From contig CM075988.1 in NCBI GenBank assembly GCA_038087875.1, positions 23,872,001 to 23,936,000 of the forward strand: a stretch of 64,000 nt of DNA, read 5' to 3'. The translations under genes and the position numbers were made by a program. Origin of the DNA: Malacoraja senta. Taxonomy: Eukaryota. This document shows positions 24,615-38,510 of this stretch, in pieces. Position 1 is the first letter of the stretch. Every line of letters begins with the position of its first letter. Under the pieces are notes generated by a model. The model made no database searches and was not told where the DNA came from. It saw nothing but the letters and a program-made list of their open reading frames with translations.

Positions 24615-27600
24615 TTACTGTTCCCAAGACTTCAGGGATTTTGATGCCATTTTTTAAACAGAATCAATGGTGGGAAATAGCTTCCTGTAGGGCTCGGACT
24701 GATGCATGAAACACATGCTATTCTGCTGAAACCCACACTCTGATGAATTGAAGCATCTTTGGAATTGTAGACGGCTCTTCGTGGCTTGGTGTATTCTGAT
24801 TTTTTCCCCCCCCCTGACTTTTTCCATAAGAATTTTGGGAGAAGAATTTCTGGAATGATCCTAGCTTCTTGGAGTATTGTTAATGTTGAGAGAAGTACAA
24901 AACAGCAAATTCTCTGTAGTGTGTAAATTTCAACTGTAACTCCGACATTAGTAAGTTCGAAATGGCATTCGGTTTAGAATTATTTACGAAGGAACTGCAA
25001 GATGCTGGAAAAAAATCGAAGGTAGACAAAAATGCTGGAGAAACTCAGCGGGTGAGGGCAGCATCTATGGAGCGAAGGAAATAGGTGACGTTTCGGGTCG
25101 AGACCCAGAAAGCATCTATGGAGCGAAGGAATAGGCGACGTTTCGGGTCGAGACCCTTCCGGGTCTCGACCCGAAACGTCACCTATTCCTTCGCTCCATA
25201 GATGCTGCCTCACCCGCTGAGTTTCTCCAGCATTTTTGTCTAATTTCAGATGGTGCCCCGTACTACTCATAGAACCTTGGGTTAGAGCAGCAAAGATATC
25301 CAGGCCTTCAATTATATGGAGCAAAACTTGACATCCAGAGTTATAACGTCTGACATCTTGGAAACGGGCCCTTCGGCCCAACTTGCCCACACCAGCCAAC
25401 ATGTCCAGTCTAGACTAGTCCCACCTGCCTGCGTTTGGCCCATATCCCTCTAAACCTGTCCTATCCATCTACCTGTCCAAGTAAATGTTTCTTACATGTT
25501 GTGATAGTATCTGTTGGAGATGGACATTATGAACCATATAAGATTGTTAAGGGCTGAAGCGCCTGTTTCCACGCTGTGTCTCGAAGCTAAACTGTGACAG
25601 TGGCTCCTCTACTCCAGAGTGAGTCAAACATCATGGAACTGCGGCCCATTCAAACTCCGCACTTTTAGCTGAGAGGAGATAAGATTGTTAAGGGCTTGGA
25701 CGCACTAGAGGCAAGAAACATGTTCCCCATCTTGGGGGGAGTCCAGAACCAGGGGCCACAGTTTAAGAATAAGGAGTAAGCCATTTAGAACGGAGACGAG
25801 GAAACACTTTTTCTCACAGAGGGTGGTGAGTCTGTGGAATTCTCTGCCTCAGAGGGCGGTGGAGGCAGGTTCTCTGGATGCTTTCAAGAGAGAGCTAGAT
25901 AGGGCTCTTAAAATAGCGGTCTGGGGATATGGGGAGAAGGCAGGAACGGGGTACTGATTGGGGATGATCAGTCATGATCACATTGAATGGCAATGCTGGC
26001 TCGAAGGGCCGAAGGGCCTACTCCTGCACCTATTGTCTATTGTCTATCATGTGGTGCAATTGTAGCGCCAGACAACATGGTGGAAGTTGTCCTCTCCATG
26101 GAGACCCTGTACGGGGATTGGCTTGCTCCGTTGCAGATAGTGACACGTCACCTCAGTGGCTATAAATGTTTGACTAGTTTTTAACTAAAGTGTTGTGTGT
26201 GTGTTAACATTCCAGGTAGTGGAGGAAGGAGAAAATAAAAAAGTCCTCAAACTAACACAGTTCTACGTTTTTCTCGGCTATCTGCTGAATTCTCCCTCTT
26301 CTGAAGACATCATGTATTGTTGGGCTTTGCCAACCCAGTTCTATTGTTTGGCCAATGGTGGCAAAGTCAAGTATCCACGGTTGCAGTAGGATCAACTGTG
26401 TAGTGATGGGTCTGGAGTCAATGCATGCCGTACCAAGGAGGTGTCTCCTTCCATAAAGAGTGGTAACAAATACATTGAATCTTTATATGAATATCGCAGT
26501 TTGGGGGTCCTATTCCTATGGCCAATCCAGGGTTCTAGTCATAGAGTGATATAGTATGGAAACAGTCCCTTTGGCCCAACTTACCCACAACGGCCAATAT
26601 GTCCCAGCCACGCTAGCCCCACCTGCCTGCGTTTGACCCAAATCCCTCCAAACCTCTCCTATCCATGTACCTTTCTAAATGTTTCTCAAACATTGCGTTT
26701 GTGCTTGCCTCAACTATCTCCTCTGCCAGCCCGTTCCATAGGCCCACCATCCTTTGTGTGGAAAAGTTACCCCTCAGGTTCTTATTAAATCTTCCTCCCC
26801 CTCCCCCCACCTCCCATCGCGTTAAACTTATGACCTCTGGTTCTTGAACCAGGGGAATAGGATTGGAATGTAGTTGGGTTCTGTTCATCTTGTGCAGTAT
26901 TTTTGTTCGGGTATACCACACCGGAGTGGTCAAGGATTTGATTATCCATCCAGTGACCACCACCCACCCCCGCCCCACCTCAGGTAGCGGTTGCAGTCTT
27001 TGCTGATGTTAAAAATATCGATGTATCTGGCGTGCCGGCGGTGTGGTCACTGACCTATATTCATGTTTGCGCTACGTCCCTGTAGACCGACCGGTGTGGA
27101 CAGCGTGCAGAATGCAGAGTGATGATAGACACAAAACGCTGAGGTAATGGGACTGTCCCACTTTCCCAAGCTGCTCACGAATTCTCCCGAGTTTTCCCCT
27201 TGATTCAAACTCAGAGAATGTTCGTAACGGTTCCGTAGATATATCGTAGAGGCTCGTTATGTCAGCTGTAGGTATTCGGGGCATTAAATTTCGCAATTTT
27301 TCTCCTCCCGACTATCTTTTTACTCGTGGAGAGAAGGAACAGGTGACGTTTCAGGTCGAGACCCTTCTTCAGACTGAGAGTCGGGGGAAGGGGAAACGAG
27401 AGACATAGAGAGATATAGAACAAATGCAAAAAAGTTTTTTTTTAAGCCGCTGTTCTTGAGGTCTTCCCTCTTCCATTACTGGATGGAATGCAGAGTAGCA
27501 GTGTGAGGTTAGTAAGTAAGTAAGTAAGTTTATTGGCCAAGTATTCACATACAAGGAATTTGCCTTGGTGCTCTGCCCACCAAGTAACAACATGTGACAG

Positions 27601-30600
27601 TAGACACAAAATGCTGGAGTAACTCAGCGGGTCAGGCAGCATTTCTGGGTAGAAAGAATGGGTGGTGTTTTGTGTCGAGACCCTTCTTCAGACTGAGAGT
27701 CGGGGAGAGGGAAACTAGAGATAAGGAAGGATAAGGTGTGAGAACGTCAGTGTAAAAGAGCAACTGCACTTCCTTCCAACACAGCAGTGAGACGTTGCTT
27801 TCTACATTGGAGAAATGCATACGTTGGTGTTTCGTGTGGGTCTGACATTGGGATGACCATTCTTTTTGGTACATCTGGTGCGTATTTATAGCATAATTTC
27901 CATGTTTGGATCAAAATGTTGAAATTGTGGTTCAGTGAAAGTATAAAAACAAGGAACTGCAGATTCTGGTTTCCACAAATGGGCTCAAAGTGCTGGAGTA
28001 ACTCAGCGGGTCAGGCAGCGGGTCTGGAGAACGGGGATAGGTGACGTTTTGGGCCAGTCTGTTTCAGTTTACTCTGAAAAGGAATAGTGACCTATCCATG
28101 TTCTTTGGAGATGCTGCCTGACCTGCTGAGTTACTCCAGCACTCTGTGTCCATTTTAATAAAAGTTTAATAGTGATCAAGGGAATAAAACCAGCATAGCT
28201 ACAGGTGGAATACCGTGCTAGATATTTAATTTAATGCAAGTTTAATTTTATGAAAGTTTAATTTAGTGAAAGGGTTTTTTGAAAATGGTACTGTTACGAT
28301 ATGCAGGAAGAGAGATGCCAGTCAAATCTTTGAAGGTAACAAGTAGGAAATCTTTGTCAAAATTAATTCAGGCAAATATCTCAAAGGAGCCTTGCTTAGT
28401 CTTTAAGATAATTTTAATTCATAATGAAGCTCGTGAATTAGTGTCCATTTACAAGCATCATGGCTTTGGCTTGTGGTAAAGATTTACCAGAAGGGAACAT
28501 CTTCAGATAATAGACTTCAGTTATGTGGAGATGGCGATATTGTTGTTCTCAGCATAGAGATTTGAGAAGATTTCACAGCGATGTTCAAAAATCATGAAGG
28601 ATTTTTATTTTATATAAATAGAGAGAAACTGATTCCATATTTAAAAATGCCAGCAGCCAGACAACCAGCAACCATAACTTACTCAATATAATTGGCAAAT
28701 GTTTTCAGAGACAGCACGAGGAAGTAATTTTTTTATACAAGGAGTTTTGATGATCTGGAATGCCATAAAGGTTTGGTTGAGAGATACTGTAGTGAAATGC
28801 AAATTTTATGAAGGATTTGACTTTGGTTTAGAGATACAGCGCTGAAACAGGCCCTTCGGCCCACTGAGCCCGTGCCAACCAGTGTTCCCCGTCCACTAAC
28901 ATTATCCTACACACACACTAGGGACAATTTTCAATGATACAAAGCCAATTAACCCGAAGAATTAATCTGAAGAAGGGTCTCGCCCTGAAACGTCACCCAT
29001 TCCTTCCCTCCAGAGACGCTGCCTGTCCCGCTGAGTTACTCCAGCTTTTTGTGTCCATCTTCAGTTTAAACCAGCATCTGCAGTTCCTTCCTACACAATT
29101 AACCTACAAATCCGAACGGCTTTGGAGTGCGGGAGAAAAAGAGTGCGGAGATCCCGGAGAAAATCCACGCAAGTCACAGGAAGAATGTACAAAACATCCA
29201 TGCGGACAGCACCCGCGGCCAGGATCGAACCCGGGTATCTGGCGCTGTAAGGCGGGGACTCTACCGTCGTGCCACCGTGCCGCCCTACCGGATGGCGGAA
29301 GCAGATTCATTGGCGACTTTCAAAGGGTAGTGGAGTTATTTTCAAAAGGAAGTGGATCTCATTGAAACATATAAGATTGTTAAGGGCTTGGACACACTAG
29401 AGGCAGGAAACATGTTCCCGATGTTGGGGGGGAGTCCAGAACCAGGGGCCACAGTTTAAGAATAAGGAGTAAGCCATTTAGAACGGAGACGAGGAAACAC
29501 TTTTTCTCACAGAGAGTGGTGAGTCTGTGGAATTCTCTGCCTCAGAGGGCGGTGGAGGCAGGTTCTCTGGATGCTTTCAAGAGAGAGCTAGATAGGGCTC
29601 TTAAAAATAGCAGAGTCAGGGGATATGTGGAGAAGGCAGGAACGGGGTACTGATTGGGGATGATCAGCCATGATCACATTGAATGGCGGTGCTGGGCTCA
29701 AAGGGCCAAATGGCCTACTCCTGCACCTATTGTCTATTGTCTGTACTTGAAGGGTTAAAATTATGAGGCAGAAGGAAAGAAAAGGGGAACCAAGGCCCCA
29801 CTGGAGTGCTCTGGCAAAGAGTTGGCCAAGCATAGTGGGCCGAATGGCCTCCCACTGTGGTGACTCATTCTGTGGTGTGGTGTGGTCTGTAGAAAATTAT
29901 CAGCTTGTAAATATATGTGAAGGGGAGAGGGGGAGGGGGTTTGATGGAGGAGGGTCAGCAATAATCACGTAAATCTGGCTTTTAGAATGACGTAGTGTAT
30001 TAAAAACATACAAATCAATAATCCTTGAAAGTGTGGGTCAAAACATTATTTTTTCCTGGTAGTGAGACCAAAATGAGGGGGCATGATGTTAAAGTTAAAG
30101 TTGCGTCACATAGAAGTTTAGTTTTTGAGATACAGCGTGGTAATAGAGGCCCTTCAGCCCACCGAGTCCATGCCGGATCAGTGATCTTGTTCTATCCGAC
30201 ACAGTTTACAGAAGCCAATTAACATACAACCCCGCACGTCTCTGGAGCGTGGGAGGAAACCCAGGCAGGCGGTCACAAGGAGAGCGTGCAAAGTCCGTAC
30301 AGTCAGCACCCCGAGGTCAGGATCGAACCTGGGGTCTCTGGATCCGTGAGGCAGCAACTCTACCCGCTGCGCCACCGTGCCGCCCTCAAAATAAAGTCCA
30401 AGTGAAGTGAAATCTGGCCTTTTGAATACTGAAGGACAACAGAATATCCCGAAACTCCAACATAGTTTTGGACAATAGGTGCAGGAGAAGGCCATTCGGC
30501 CCTTCGAGCCAGCACCACCATTCAATGTGATCATGGCTGATCATCCCCAATCAGTACCCCGTTCCTGCCTTCTCCCCTGACTCCGCTATCTTTAAGAGCC

Positions 30601-30992
30601 CTATCTAGCTCTCTCTTGAAAGCATCCAGAGAACCTGCCTCTGAGGCAGAGAATTCCAGTTTTTATACAAGGAGTTTTGATGATCGGGAATGCCATCAAG
30701 GTTTAGCTGAGAGATACAGTAGGGAAATGCAAATTTTATGAAGGATTTGACCTGGGAAGACTTTAGTTTAGGGATACAGCGCTGAAACAGGCCCTTCGGC
30801 CCACCGAGTCCCTGCCAACCAGTGTTCCCCGTACGCTAACATTATCCTACACACACACTAGGGACAATTTTCAATGATACAAAGCCAATTAACCCGAAGA
30901 ATTAATCTGAAGAAGGGTCTCGACCCGAGACCTTTTGTGAGGCAAGAGGAGCAGGAGCTGGAATACCAAGGTGGGAAAATGAGAAGATATAG

Positions 30993-31587
30993 ATACATAG
31001 AAACATAGAAAATAGGGGCAGGAGGAGGCTATTCGGCCCTTCGAGCCAGCACCGCCATTCATTGTGATCATGGCTGATCATCCCCAATCAATAACCCGTG
31101 CCTGCCTTCTCCCCATATCCCTTGACTCCACTACCCCTAGAGCTCTATCTAACTCTCTTAAATCCATCCAGTGATTTGGCCTCCACTGCCCTCTGTGGCA
31201 GGGAATTCCATAAATTCACAACTCTCTGGGTGAAAACGTTTTTTCTCACCTCAGTCTTAAATGACCTCCCCTTTATTCTAAGGCTGTGGCCCCTGGTTCT
31301 GGACTCGCCCAACATTGGGAACATGTTTCCTGCATCTAGCTTGTCCAGTCCTTTTATAATTTTATATGTTTCTATAAGATTCCCCCTCATCCTTCTAAAC
31401 TCCAGTGAATACAAGCCTAGTCTTTTCAATCTTTCCTCATATGACAGTCCCGCCATCCCGGGGATCAATCTCGTGAACCTACGCTGCACTGCCTCAATCA
31501 CAAGGATGTCCTTCCTCAAATGAGGAGACCAAAACTGTACACAATACTCCAGATGTGGTCTTACCAGAGCCCTATACAACTGCAGAA
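30993..31587 (-). mobile_element. CR1 LINE 3' fragment (CTATGTTT-tail subfamily)
   Basis: ORF 31145-31579 YRALVRPHLEYCVQFWSP...YEERLKRLGLYSLE. Confidence 0.9.
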
Positions 31588-32891
31588 GTAAAGAAGTATA
31601 TAGATATGGGCCATTAATAACTGAATGGCTGAACTGGTTGAAGGGATGAAAAGGCCCCTGTTTATGTCGATGTTGTATGGAGTTGCTGTTTATTCAGGGT
31701 GAGGGCGGCATGTATAACTGAGCTGTGACTGTTCATACCCATTCTACAGTGTAAGAGCTCCTGACTAGAACAGTACAGAATCGCTGTTGATTCTGGCTCA
31801 CGGCCGTTCGCTGGGTAACTACAGAGGCATTGTATATTTGGGATAAGGGTCACCCGTAGCCTAACGTGTGCCGAGCTGCTGATTTTTTTTCGGTGGGGCA
31901 AGGGTTAACTTCCAGTGCCCATTGGAGAGGAAGGTGCTTCCTCTTGGTTGTTAGTTTCCTTTTTATATCAAGTGTTCTGAACCCTGTGTGGGGATTGGCT
32001 TGCTCCGTTGCAAATAGTGACACATCACCTCAGTGGCTATAAATGTTTGACTAGTTTTTAACTAAAGTGTCGGTGTGTGTGTGTTAACATTCCAGGTAGT
32101 GGAGGAAGGAGGGAAAAAAAAAGTCCTCAAACTAATTAAGTTCTATGTTTTTCTCGGCTATCTCCTGATTTCTCCCTCTTGTTTTGTTGGGCTTTGCCCA
32201 CCCAGTTCTATTGTTTGGCCAATGGTGGCAAAGTCAAGTATCCACGGTTGCTGTAGGATCAACTGTGTAGTAATGGGTCTGGAGTCGATGCGTGCCGTAC
32301 CAAGGAGGTGTTTCCTTCCATAAAGAGTGGTAACAAATACATTGAATCTTTATATGAATATCGCAGTTTTGAGGGTTTCGACTATTCCAGGGTCGTAGAC
32401 TGGTACAACGTGGACACAGGCCCTTCAGCCCAACTTGCCCACACCGGCCAACATGTCCCAACTACAAGGTAGACAAAAGTGCTAGAGAAACGCAGCGGGT
32501 GCAGCAGCATCTATGGAGTGAAGGAAATAGGCAACGTTTCGGGCCGAAACCCTTCTTCAGACTGCCTCCTTTTGCCTACCTTCGATTTTCCAGCATCTGC
32601 AGTAGTTCCTTCTTAAAACACCATGTCCCAACTACACTGGTCCCACCATGCCTGCGTTTGGCCCATATCCCTCCAAACCTGTCATATCCATGTACCTGTC
32701 TAACGGTTTCTTAAACGTTACCATAGAAGCTGCCTCACAACTACCTCCTCCGGCAGCTTGTTCCATACACCCACCGCCCTTCGTGTGAAAACGTCACCCC
32801 TCAGATTCCTATGTAATCTTTTCCCCTTCACCTTAAAGTTGCCAGATTGATTGACTTGGGTCAGGTTACTCACTGCCCCTTCTCAGGTTAA

Positions 32892-33212
32892 AAGCCCTGT
32901 CCCACGGTACGTGTTCATTCCAAGAGCTCTCCCGAGTTTAAAAAAAAATCAAACTCGTGGTAAGCACGGAGAATGAACGTAGCGGGTACGTCGGGGCTCG
33001 AGGACGTTTCTTAGCGCTAACGGCAGGTACTCGGGAAGACTCGCTAACGGCAGGTAAGCACGGGAAGACTCGTGAAGATTTTTCAACATGATGAAAAATG
33101 TCCACGAGAGCCCCGAGTACCGACGAGTGGCCATTACCGTAAATCTCCGAGTTCAAATCAGGGCAAACTCGGGAGAACTCTTGGAATGAACTCGTACCGT
33201 GGGACAGGGGTT
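32892..33212. mobile_element. PIF/Harbinger-type MITE, full length
   Basis: TIR AAGCCCTGTCCCACGGTAC / GTACCGTGGGACAGGGGTT flanked by a 3-bp TAA TSD; a near-identical copy lies at 59323-59646. Confidence 0.85.
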
Positions 33213-33399
33213 TAACTCCCACAAAGGTCGAGGTCGCAGTATGTCGCCCGAGACGCCACTTCTCGACGGTGTTTCTTGGGATGTAATCGAGTCCCACGGT
33301 GTGGAAACAGGGCCCCTTCGGCGACTCCCGCGCGGTCCCACCTACACAAGCCTACGCTGCACGGATCGCTAACACGTACCAGCTTTCTGCGCTTGATGC

Positions 33400-33544
33400 T
33401 CAACATAGACTGTTGGCAGGGAGGGCGTTTCGCCCACACTAGTCCGAGTGAGTGTGCAGCGGCGTTCACAAGCGCGAGTGTGCAAGAGTGAGCGTGCGGC
33501 TGAGTGAAGGGGTGTGAGCAAGGCCTGCTGAGGAGAGTGTGCAG
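33400..33544 (+). promoter_or_regulatory. Candidate alternative promoter / non-coding first exon
   Basis: Locally CpG-rich unique sequence ending at CAG|GTATAA (33544/33545); weak evidence. Confidence 0.25.
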
Positions 33545-34317
33545 GTATAACCCCCCCCCCCCCCCCCGAGGATGACATGGACTGCGTGTAGCTCTCTCCA
33601 GGAGCCCAACTACTGGCTGTTTACACTCTGGGTTCAGATGGCTGAGTGTTTGTTATTTTTTTATGAGCTGCTAAAGCTGGAATCTCTCGGCTCTGCCAGA
33701 AGAAACAGGACGGAATTTCCTTTGCTGTGTGCCAGCTTTAGCTGTTTGGACCTGCTGTTCCTGCAGCTGGCATTCTGCCAACAGAGCCCCGGCTCTGTCT
33801 GTAAGAGGCAGAGGCAGGTTAACCCTTTGCTCAGCTCTGCTTAAGCCAGACCCGATCTGAACTGTTGGGACTACAGGGACAATGAGGAAGATCAGGAAGC
33901 CCACTGGTGATTCAATGCTGCAGCAGTTTCTCTGGATTTCTACTCGAGTCCAATTTTCTGCGGTGGTTTTTGCCGGTTGATGCTTTACAAGTCCTTGGTT
34001 TCCAGTCCTCTCTCCATCGCACCGAGCGGCCATGCTTTCTGTGTGGAGTCCAGATAGTGTGTTCATCTCTTGAGCACAGTGACCGGGCAATGCTGGCTCA
34101 CCTGCCACCATGCACCCAAACATCCTGTCTTCTTATCGAGTCCACACACAAGATTAGAAGTTGTTCAGCCAGAGCTGAGCACACTTCTCGGCATCTGCAT
34201 ACAATGGTGTCTGTCTTGTCGCTTCTTGTGCGTGGTGGTGGAAGGATGGTGGAAACAGGGGCCACGAACGCTCTTTCCTTGACCCCAAACCTCCTGTGCA
34301 TGTAGAGAGCTTGTGGC

Positions 34318-37300
34318 CATAGACAATAGACAATAGGTGCAGGAGTAGGCCATTCGGCCTTTCGAGCCAGCACCGCCATTCAATGTGATTATGGCTGATC
34401 ATCCCCAATCAGTACCCCGTTCCTGCCTTCTCCCCATATCCTCTGACTCTGCTATTTTTAAGAGCCCTATCTAGCTCTCTCTTGAAATCCAGAGAACCTG
34501 CCTCCACCGCCCTCTGAGGCAGAGAATTCCACAGACTCACCACTCTCGGTGAGAAAAAGTGTTTCCTCGTCTCCGTTCTAAATGGCTTACTCCTTATTCT
34601 TAAACTGTGGCCCCTGGTTCTGGACTCCCCCAACATCGGGACCATGTTTCCTGCCTCTAGCGTGTCCAAACCCGTAACAATCTTATATGTTTCAATGAGA
34701 TCTCCTCTCATCCTTCTAAAATGAGTGAACTAGCAAACTGAGACAAGAGGCACATAGAGCAGCACGGTAAAGAATTTCACTGCACCTTGGTATACGTGAT
34801 AATAAAATAACCATTGTACAGGTACAGCCCTTCAGCCCAAAGTGCCTGGCCAAACATGATGCCAGGTTAAATTGATCTCTCCTGACCACATAAATTACTT
34901 CTACTTGGAGCTCTTTGGTAGAAGCCGTGTTCCCTTCATTTTCCTTGTGCTCTTTCATCCAGATCCCAATACCCCATTCACCCAGCTCCCGGGCAGTAGC
35001 TATGCAAGCCATTCCAGGACTCTGCTGATTCCCAATAGACAGCACAGGAAGAGCATGAATCATTTCCTCTATCCTGGATTAATTTGTCATTCAGAGATCC
35101 AAATGTTCGTTGGCAGTCATGCTGTCATGGATCATACCTCCTCTTCATTTGCACACATGTCTTTGCACCCCCTTGACTCTATACATTCATGCCACACGCA
35201 CGTGCTCCCATCTGCCCTGCGCTTTTTTCTCTCTTGCGTTTTTACTCTTCTATAATATAGACATAGAAAATAGGTGCAGGAGGAGGCCATTTGGCCCTTC
35301 GAACCAGCACCGCCATTCATTGTGATCATGGCTGATCATCCACAATCAGTAACCCATGCCTGCCTTCTCCCCATATCCCTTGACTCCACTAGCCCCTAGA
35401 GCTCTATCTAACTCTCTCTTAAATCCATTCAGTGATTTGGCCTCCACTGCCCTCTGTGGCAGAGAATTCCACAAATTCACAACTCTCTGGGTGAAACGTT
35501 TTTTTTCTCATCTCACTTTTAAATGGCCTCCCTTTATTCTTAGACTGTGTGGCCCCTGGGTCTGGACTCGCCCAACATTGGGAACATTTTTTCCTGCATC
35601 TAGCTTGTCCAGTCCTTTTGTAATTTTATACGTTTCTATAGATCGATAACTAATTTCTATAACGGCATCTTGGTTTACAAAGCACTGTTTGTAAAATGGT
35701 AATGTCGACCGATACATTTTCATGCTGAGCCACTTAAGAAGATATCGAGACAAGTACCTAGAAAGCTTAAGAATGGGGAAAAGTTTATTTAGTTGAAGAC
35801 TAGATGGAGAAGTTTTGGGGTCGAATTCCCAAGCTCAAGGCCTGGGCCGTTCAAAGCACAGCTAGTAGAACTAGTGATTAAAAGCAAGGATATGCAAGAG
35901 GGCAGAAGTAGAGGAAGACGAAGGTAGACAAAAGTGCTGGAGAAACTCAGCGGGTGAGGCAGCATCTATGGAGCGAAGGAATAGGTGACGTTTCGGGTCG
36001 AGACCCTTCTTCAGACTGTTTCCACTGGTGGGAGAGTCTAGGACCAGAGGTCATAGCCTCAGAATTAATGGCCGCTCTTTTAGAAAGGACGTGAGGAGGA
36101 ACTTCTTTAGTCACAGGGTAGTTTATCTGTGGAACACATTGCTGCAGAGGGCTGTGGAGGTCAAGTCAGTGGATGTTTTTAAGCAGAAATAGACAAATTC
36201 TTGATTAGAACGGGTGTCGAGGATTATGGGGAGCAGGCAGGAAAATGGGATGAGGAGGCAGAGATAGGTCATAGACAATAGACAATAGGTGCAGGAGTAG
36301 GCCATTCGGCCCATCGAGCCAGCACCGCCATTCAATGTGATCATGGCTGATCATCCCCAATCAGTACCCCGTTCCTGCCTTCTCCCCATATCCCCTGACG
36401 CCGTTATTTTTATGAGCCTGATCTAGCTCTCTCTTGAAAGCATCCAGAGAACCTGCCTCCACCGCCCTCTGAGGCAGAGAATTCCAGACTCACCACTCTC
36501 TGTGAGAAAAAGTGTTTCCTCGTCTCTGTTCTAAATGGCTTACTCCTTATTCTTAAACTGTGGCCCCTGGTTCTGGACTCCCCCAACATCGGGAACATGT
36601 TTCCTGCCTCTAGCGTGTCCAAACCCTTAACAATCTTATATGTTTCAATGAGATCTCCTCTCATCCTTCTAAAATGAGTGAACTAGCAAACTGAGACATA
36701 GAGGCACATAGAGCAGCACGGTAAGAATTTCACTGCACCTTGGTATACGTGATAATAAAATAACCATTGTACAGGAACAGGCCCTTCAGCCCAAAGTGCT
36801 GGGGCCAAACATGATGCCAGGTTAAATTGATCTCTCCTGACCACATAAATTACTTCTACTTGGAGCTCTTTGGTAGAAGCCGTGTTCCCTTCATTTTCCT
36901 TGTGCTCTTTCATCCAGATCCCAATACCCCATTCACCCAGCTCCCCGGGCAGTAGCTATGCAAGCCATTCCAGGACTCTGCTGATTCCCAATACACAGCA
37001 CAGGAAGAGCATGAATCATTTCCTCTATCCTGGATTAATTTGTCATTCAGAGATCCAAATGTTCGTTGGCAGTCATGCTGTCATGGATCATACCTCCTCT
37101 TCATTTGCACACATGTCTTTGCACCCCTTGACTCTATACATTCATGCCACACGCACGTGCTCCCATCTGCCCTGCGCTTTTTCTCTCTCTTGCGTTTTTA
37201 CTCTTTTCTATAATATAGACATAGAAAATAGGTGCAGGAGGAGGCCATTTGGCCCTTCGAACCAGCACCGCCATTCATTGTGATCATGGCTGATCATCCA

Positions 37301-38510
37301 CAATCAGTAACCCATGCCTGCCTTCTCCCATATCCCTTGATTCCGCTAGCCCTAGAGCTCTATCTTTTAAATCCATTCAGTGATTTGGCCTCCACTGCCC
37401 TCTGTGGCAGAGAATTCCACAAATTCACAACTCTCTGGGTGAAAACGTTTTTTTCTCATCTCACTTTTAAATGGCCTCCCCTTTATTCTAAGACTGTGTG
37501 GCCCCTGGTTCTGGACTCGCCCAACATTGGGAACATTTTTTCCTGCTTCTAGCTTGTCCAGTCCTTTTGTAATTTTATACGTTTCTATAGATTGATAACT
37601 AATTTCTATAACGGCATCTTGGTTTACAAAGCACTGTTTGTAAAATGGTAATGTCGACCGATACATTTTCATGCTGAGCCACTTAAGAAGATATCGAGAC
37701 AAGTACCTGAAAGCTTAAGAATGGGGAAACGTTTATTTTGTTGAAGACTAGATGGGGAAGTTTTGGGGTCGAATTCCCAAGCTCAAGGCCTGGGCCGTTC
37801 AAAGCACAGCTAGTAGAACTAGTGATTAAAAAGCAAGGATATGCAAGAGGGCAGAAGTAGAGGAAGACGAAGGTAGACAAAAGTGCTGGAGAAACTCAGC
37901 GGGTGAGGCAGCATCTATGGAGCAAAGGAAATAGGCAACGTTTCGGCCCGAAACCCTGAAGGAAATAGGCAACGTTTCGGGACGAAACCATTTGACCATA
38001 TTCCTCCAAACCTTTCCTATCCAAGGTACACAAAAATGCTGGAGAAACTCAGCGGGTGCAGCAGCATCTATGGAGCGAAGGAAATAGGCAACGTTTCGGC
38101 CGAAACCCTTCCGGGTTTCGTCCCGAAACGTTGCCTATTTCCTTCAGGGTTTCGTCCCGAAACGTTGCCTATTTCCTTCGCTCCATGGATGCTGCTGCAC
38201 CCGCTGAGTTTCTCCAGCATTTAGGTGATGTTTCGGGTCGAGACCCTTCTTCAGACTGTTTCCACTGGTGGGAGAGTCTAGGACCAGAGGTCATAGCCTC
38301 AGAATTAAAGGGCGCTCTTTTAGAAAGAACGTGAGGAGGAAGTTCTTTAGTCACAGGGTAGTTTATCTGTGGAACTCATTGCTGCAGAGGGCTGTGGAGG
38401 TCAAGTCAGTGGATGTTTTTAAGGCAGAGATAGACAAATTCTTGATTAGAACGGGTGTCAAGGATTATGGGGAGCAGGCAGGAAAATGGGATGAGGAGGC
38501 AGAGATAGGT
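34318..38510. repeat. Tandem duplication: unit 1 34318-36269, unit 2 36270-38510, bounded by same-orientation CR1 fragments (third CR1 at 38511-39068)
   Basis: Unique spacer sequence (e.g. ATGAGTGAACTAGCAAACTG, GGTAATGTCGACCGATAC) occurs twice in the same order ~1.95 kb apart. Confidence 0.92.
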
